Source of the DNA: Bugula neritina
Lineage: Eukaryota > Animalia > Bryozoa
Assembly (NCBI GenBank): GCA_964035545.1
Contig: OZ037771.1
Span: 10,792,480 to 10,856,479, forward strand
Length of the DNA stretch: 64,000 nt
Direction: 5' to 3'
The first letter of the stretch is position 1. Every line of letters begins with the position of its first letter. The notes under the pieces were generated by a model, which was given only the letters and a program-made list of their open reading frames with translations, was not told the origin of the DNA and made no database searches. The translations under genes and the position numbers were made by a program. Shown piece after piece: positions 61,001-64,000 of the stretch.

Positions 61001-63865
61001 CAAACGCCCAAATTAATCTCTCTAACAGTAAAATATTTTCTCCAATAACTCCTTCATTTGTATACAGCAGCATAATGTAACCAGATTTTCTTAATTTTTT
61101 GTGTTTAAACTAGAAATAACATGTTGAGTGACCAAAGTTTAAGAAATCACAACCTCTGTTGAAAGACAATAAGATGCATACTTTTGGAACTTCAACAAAG
61201 AATAGCAACCAATAAAACTTGATACATGCAACTCACTGTTCTGTATTGCTGCACTGTGTATTGGACGGTTAGGGTAAGCAGCAGCCATGTTTAGAGAAAG
61301 GAACTGGTTTATATCCGGACATGTGTTGTTTCTCACTGCCTCTGAACTTCTAAACAAGCAATGTATATACAGACACAGTTACACCAACTATAATAATATA
61401 ATATTATATATGATTACGTGTTATTACAGAAAAACCTGGTAGAATTTACTTCCAATTTAAGTAGACTTCAAAAGTCGCTCTATACTAAAACAATATTTCT
61501 ATTGAAAAAAAATTGCTCATAGAAGTTTATAGTCTCTATCCCTGTGAGAAAACCTCTGAAATTTTTGTTAAAATAAGCTATAAAAGACTTATTTAAATGA
61601 GGCACAGGAGCAATTATGACTGGATGCTCTTCCTAACATCACCAATGATCTTTGTCCGGCTCGAACCCATGACCTCGTGTTTACTAGGCAAACGCTCTAA
61701 CCCCTGGACCACGACTGCTCTCTTCTATTAAAAGCTGATTACTAATAGAAATATTAGTAAGCAGCATAGACTTGACCAGACTGGGTAAAACCCTCTGAAC
61801 TAACAAATAAAAGTTTTTGAAACTTGTCATCGTTTCTGCAGATGGTGGCAGTTACACTGAGTTTAACTGCCAAACAACAGCTCCGTAATGACGGAATATT
61901 GAAATGAGGTGATAGCTAGACACCTACGCGGCATGATGAGAAGGATATCCTTTGTCTTGATCTCTAAGTGATAGCTTTTCTCTGTGAGATTGTCTCTTAG
62001 CTCTGGTGCAGTGCTCATCAACTAGAGTTCTGTACAGCCTGGCAGAGTTAAGACTAGAGTCTGCAATCACATTCTGATATGAGCATAGAAAATGGCAAAG
62101 CAAACTGTATGACTTCAAAAGTGTGAAAATATTTAGCAGCTCTTAAGGTGTTACGCTATTACACTTTTCCCATTTGAGAATTGTTCATGATAGCTGTGCA
62201 ATTGATTTCCAAGTAAAAAGAAGTTAAATTAAAGCATAAAGTCAGAGGATCTTCCAACTATTAATTATTCTTAAAATTTCATGATGGGCTGTTTTAAAGA
62301 CAGGCTGATAAAAACTAAATACTGTCAAAATTTTGTATCATAGTTTTGACTTGGTTAGTTATCTTCTCTCACTATTTTGTGTATAGGGGGGGGGGGCACA
62401 ACCACATTTAGCTGCAATAGTATAGATATTATAGTGTAGGTGTGATCACTAGGAATAATGTAATAAGTATACAAGAGAGTATGTGCAAGAGAGAGAGGGA
62501 GGAGAGACAATCGAGTGAGAGACTGTAGATGCATAGTTTGTGTTATAACCAAGTTCTGAATATATAAAAAGGTGTGAGTGAGTAGACTAAATAGGAATGC
62601 ATTATTGTGCTAGTAAGTGCTAGCCCAAGATCCTAGACTGATCCCAGACAGATACCTTAACCCCAAGTCCTAACTTCCTTATAGCAACCCATACCAACAC
62701 ACCAGCCCTAAGCTAACTTGAAGGCTACAACATAACATTATTTGGTGTGGTAAAAAAATAACAGGCAACTCCCAAATTTGTTTTAACACCAATAAAGATC
62801 ATCTAAGTTTCACTGAATTGCAGTTTAGCTAAAAAATCAAATGTTGGCAAATTTTCGGTTTTGTAAGATCAATTCAAGATGATACTGTTAGTCTCCTTAC
62901 CGCACTACTGCACATGTATCACACACTAGCAGTGTGATCAGCTAACTATTACATACTAAAGTTTAGGAGCTGTTGACATGTTTGACATGTTTGACATGTC
63001 ATACAAAGAAACTTTACAATATACGCAAGTATGATTTACTTACCCTTTGATATCGATTGTGACGCAAGATTATTTACTTCACAAGTCTCATTCTCAGGTG
63101 AGCAAGTTAATTTTGTTTGAAAAGAGAGGTTATCTTCAGCTGCCTCATGTTGATCTGCAGGTAGAAATCTGTGCGAATTTTGGGTGTCACGAACCACAGT
63201 AGCAGTAGTAGTGAGTGCTGCCGCTGCTGCCGCTAGACCTACAGATTTCTCATCTGACTGCTTATCACTGACAGCTGCATTGTGAGTGTTGATATTCATT
63301 TCAAGAGCACTTGAATCAGATCTGTTGTGTACTTGCTCCTTCTCTGGACTCTTCTTGTTACTTGGTGATAAGCTGGAAACTCTATAACATGATTTAATAA
63401 AAACAATAGCAAATCTGTTATATATATATGGTGGTATCTTGTTTAGTAAAACACATTATATGTCCAAATTATTGCTAAACATAGTTAGGATAAATTCATA
63501 TTACTATTATTATTATATTATATTATTTTAATGTTCTAACACATTTTTGCATTGCCAAGACTAGAATTTACATTACATTGTTACATAATGTGCAAGACAT
63601 TGCGTACCCTGCGTAACTGTCGGAAACATGCTCTACATCGTTATGCTGTCTCAGGTTAGACGTTCTGTCATGATGAGCTTCTTTCATTGAGTTTTTAAAC
63701 TTCTAAAAAATTTTAATAGTTCAATCAGCACAATAGATTGCTGAATCACTTATGCACTGAAACAATATGTTTTCTGTTTAAGTCTTGATCAACTAGTGTA
63801 TATAGCTTTAACCATCACCAGCAACATGTCATTCTCTGAGCTGTGCATATGCACAGAATCAATTA
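52782..63865 (-). CDS. Uncharacterised multi-exon gene encoding a low-complexity Ser/Lys/Arg-rich protein; 5' end probably beyond the window
   Basis: Chain of mostly phase-compatible AG/GT-bounded open exons with approximate starts at 63865, 63702, 63381, 62060, 61349, 60775, 59948, 59225, 58805, 58235, 57717, 56996, 56596, 56333, 55522, 55006, 53625 and 52981, ending at the stop at 52782. One junction (~60646) seems to need a GC donor. No domain recognised. Confidence 0.6.
53720..54007. mobile_element. ~290-bp MITE
   Basis: TIRs CCCCTAGACACACTTTGCTGT and ACAGCAAAGTGTGTCTAAGGGG. Confidence 0.7.
54489..54608. repeat. (CACG)n/(CA)n microsatellite
   Basis: Direct reading; a similar shorter tract lies at 51574-51628. 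Confidence 0.95.
55819..56293. repeat. Intronic minisatellite, 31-39-bp units (CACTTACCTT...)
   Basis: About 13 tandem degenerate units. Confidence 0.9.
57913..58000. repeat. (TA)n microsatellite
   Basis: Direct reading. Confidence 0.97.
61598..61718 (-). mobile_element. tRNA-derived SINE fragment
   Basis: Minus strand reads GCAGTCGTGGTCCAGGGGTTAGAGCG (A box) ... GGTTCGAGCC (B box), then TGATGTTAGGAAGAGCATCCAGTC; second copy at 47877. Confidence 0.8.
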
Positions 63866-64000
63866 CTTTTTAAAATTTGCCAAATATCTAAGGCCACATT
63901 TGTGGTTCTCCAATCAGTATGTTCAACTAACACCCCAAACCAAGAGACATGAATCTAGTATAAGAAACAAGGCAATGCTATATATTGGCATACATTAGAA

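Noticed and set aside
61598-61718. tRNA gene
   Set aside because: It has A and B boxes but no acceptor-stem pairing, and it continues into a shared SINE body seen twice in the window.

Overview
AT-rich eukaryotic (metazoan, probably invertebrate) genomic DNA in two halves. Left half (1 to ~29.4 kb): a decayed minus-strand Polinton/Maverick (adintovirus-like) endogenous element. It carries a protein-primed PolB with an endonuclease VII/HNH insert, an adenain-like protease and two small, probably structural ORFs. Four LTR retrotransposons have inserted into it: three Ty3/Gypsy (A, B, C) and one Ty1/Copia. Two of these in turn carry the same 756-bp CAC...GTG MITE. For the Copia, Gypsy-B, Gypsy-C and both MITEs, removing the insert plus its target-site duplication (TSD) rejoins the interrupted reading frame. 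The whole stack lies just downstream of coding exon 3 of a minus-strand SAMHD1-like dNTP triphosphohydrolase gene (exons 31755-31717, 31190-31062, 29839-29687) that is absent from the ORF track; its catalytic HD exon is not in the window. Gypsy-C carries an extra ORF in the env position encoding C2H2-like zinc fingers and a coiled coil, with an in-frame candidate intron. Right half: an intact 14-exon NRF-6/OACYL-like acyltransferase-3 gene (+, 37808-50866, 671 aa), an uncharacterised multi-exon minus-strand gene (52782 to beyond 63865), decayed hAT, pogo-like, Harbinger-like and Academ DNA transposons, tRNA-derived SINEs, a Penelope remnant with its hammerhead ribozyme, satellites and hairpins. 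All calls come from manual reading and translation; no database search was run.
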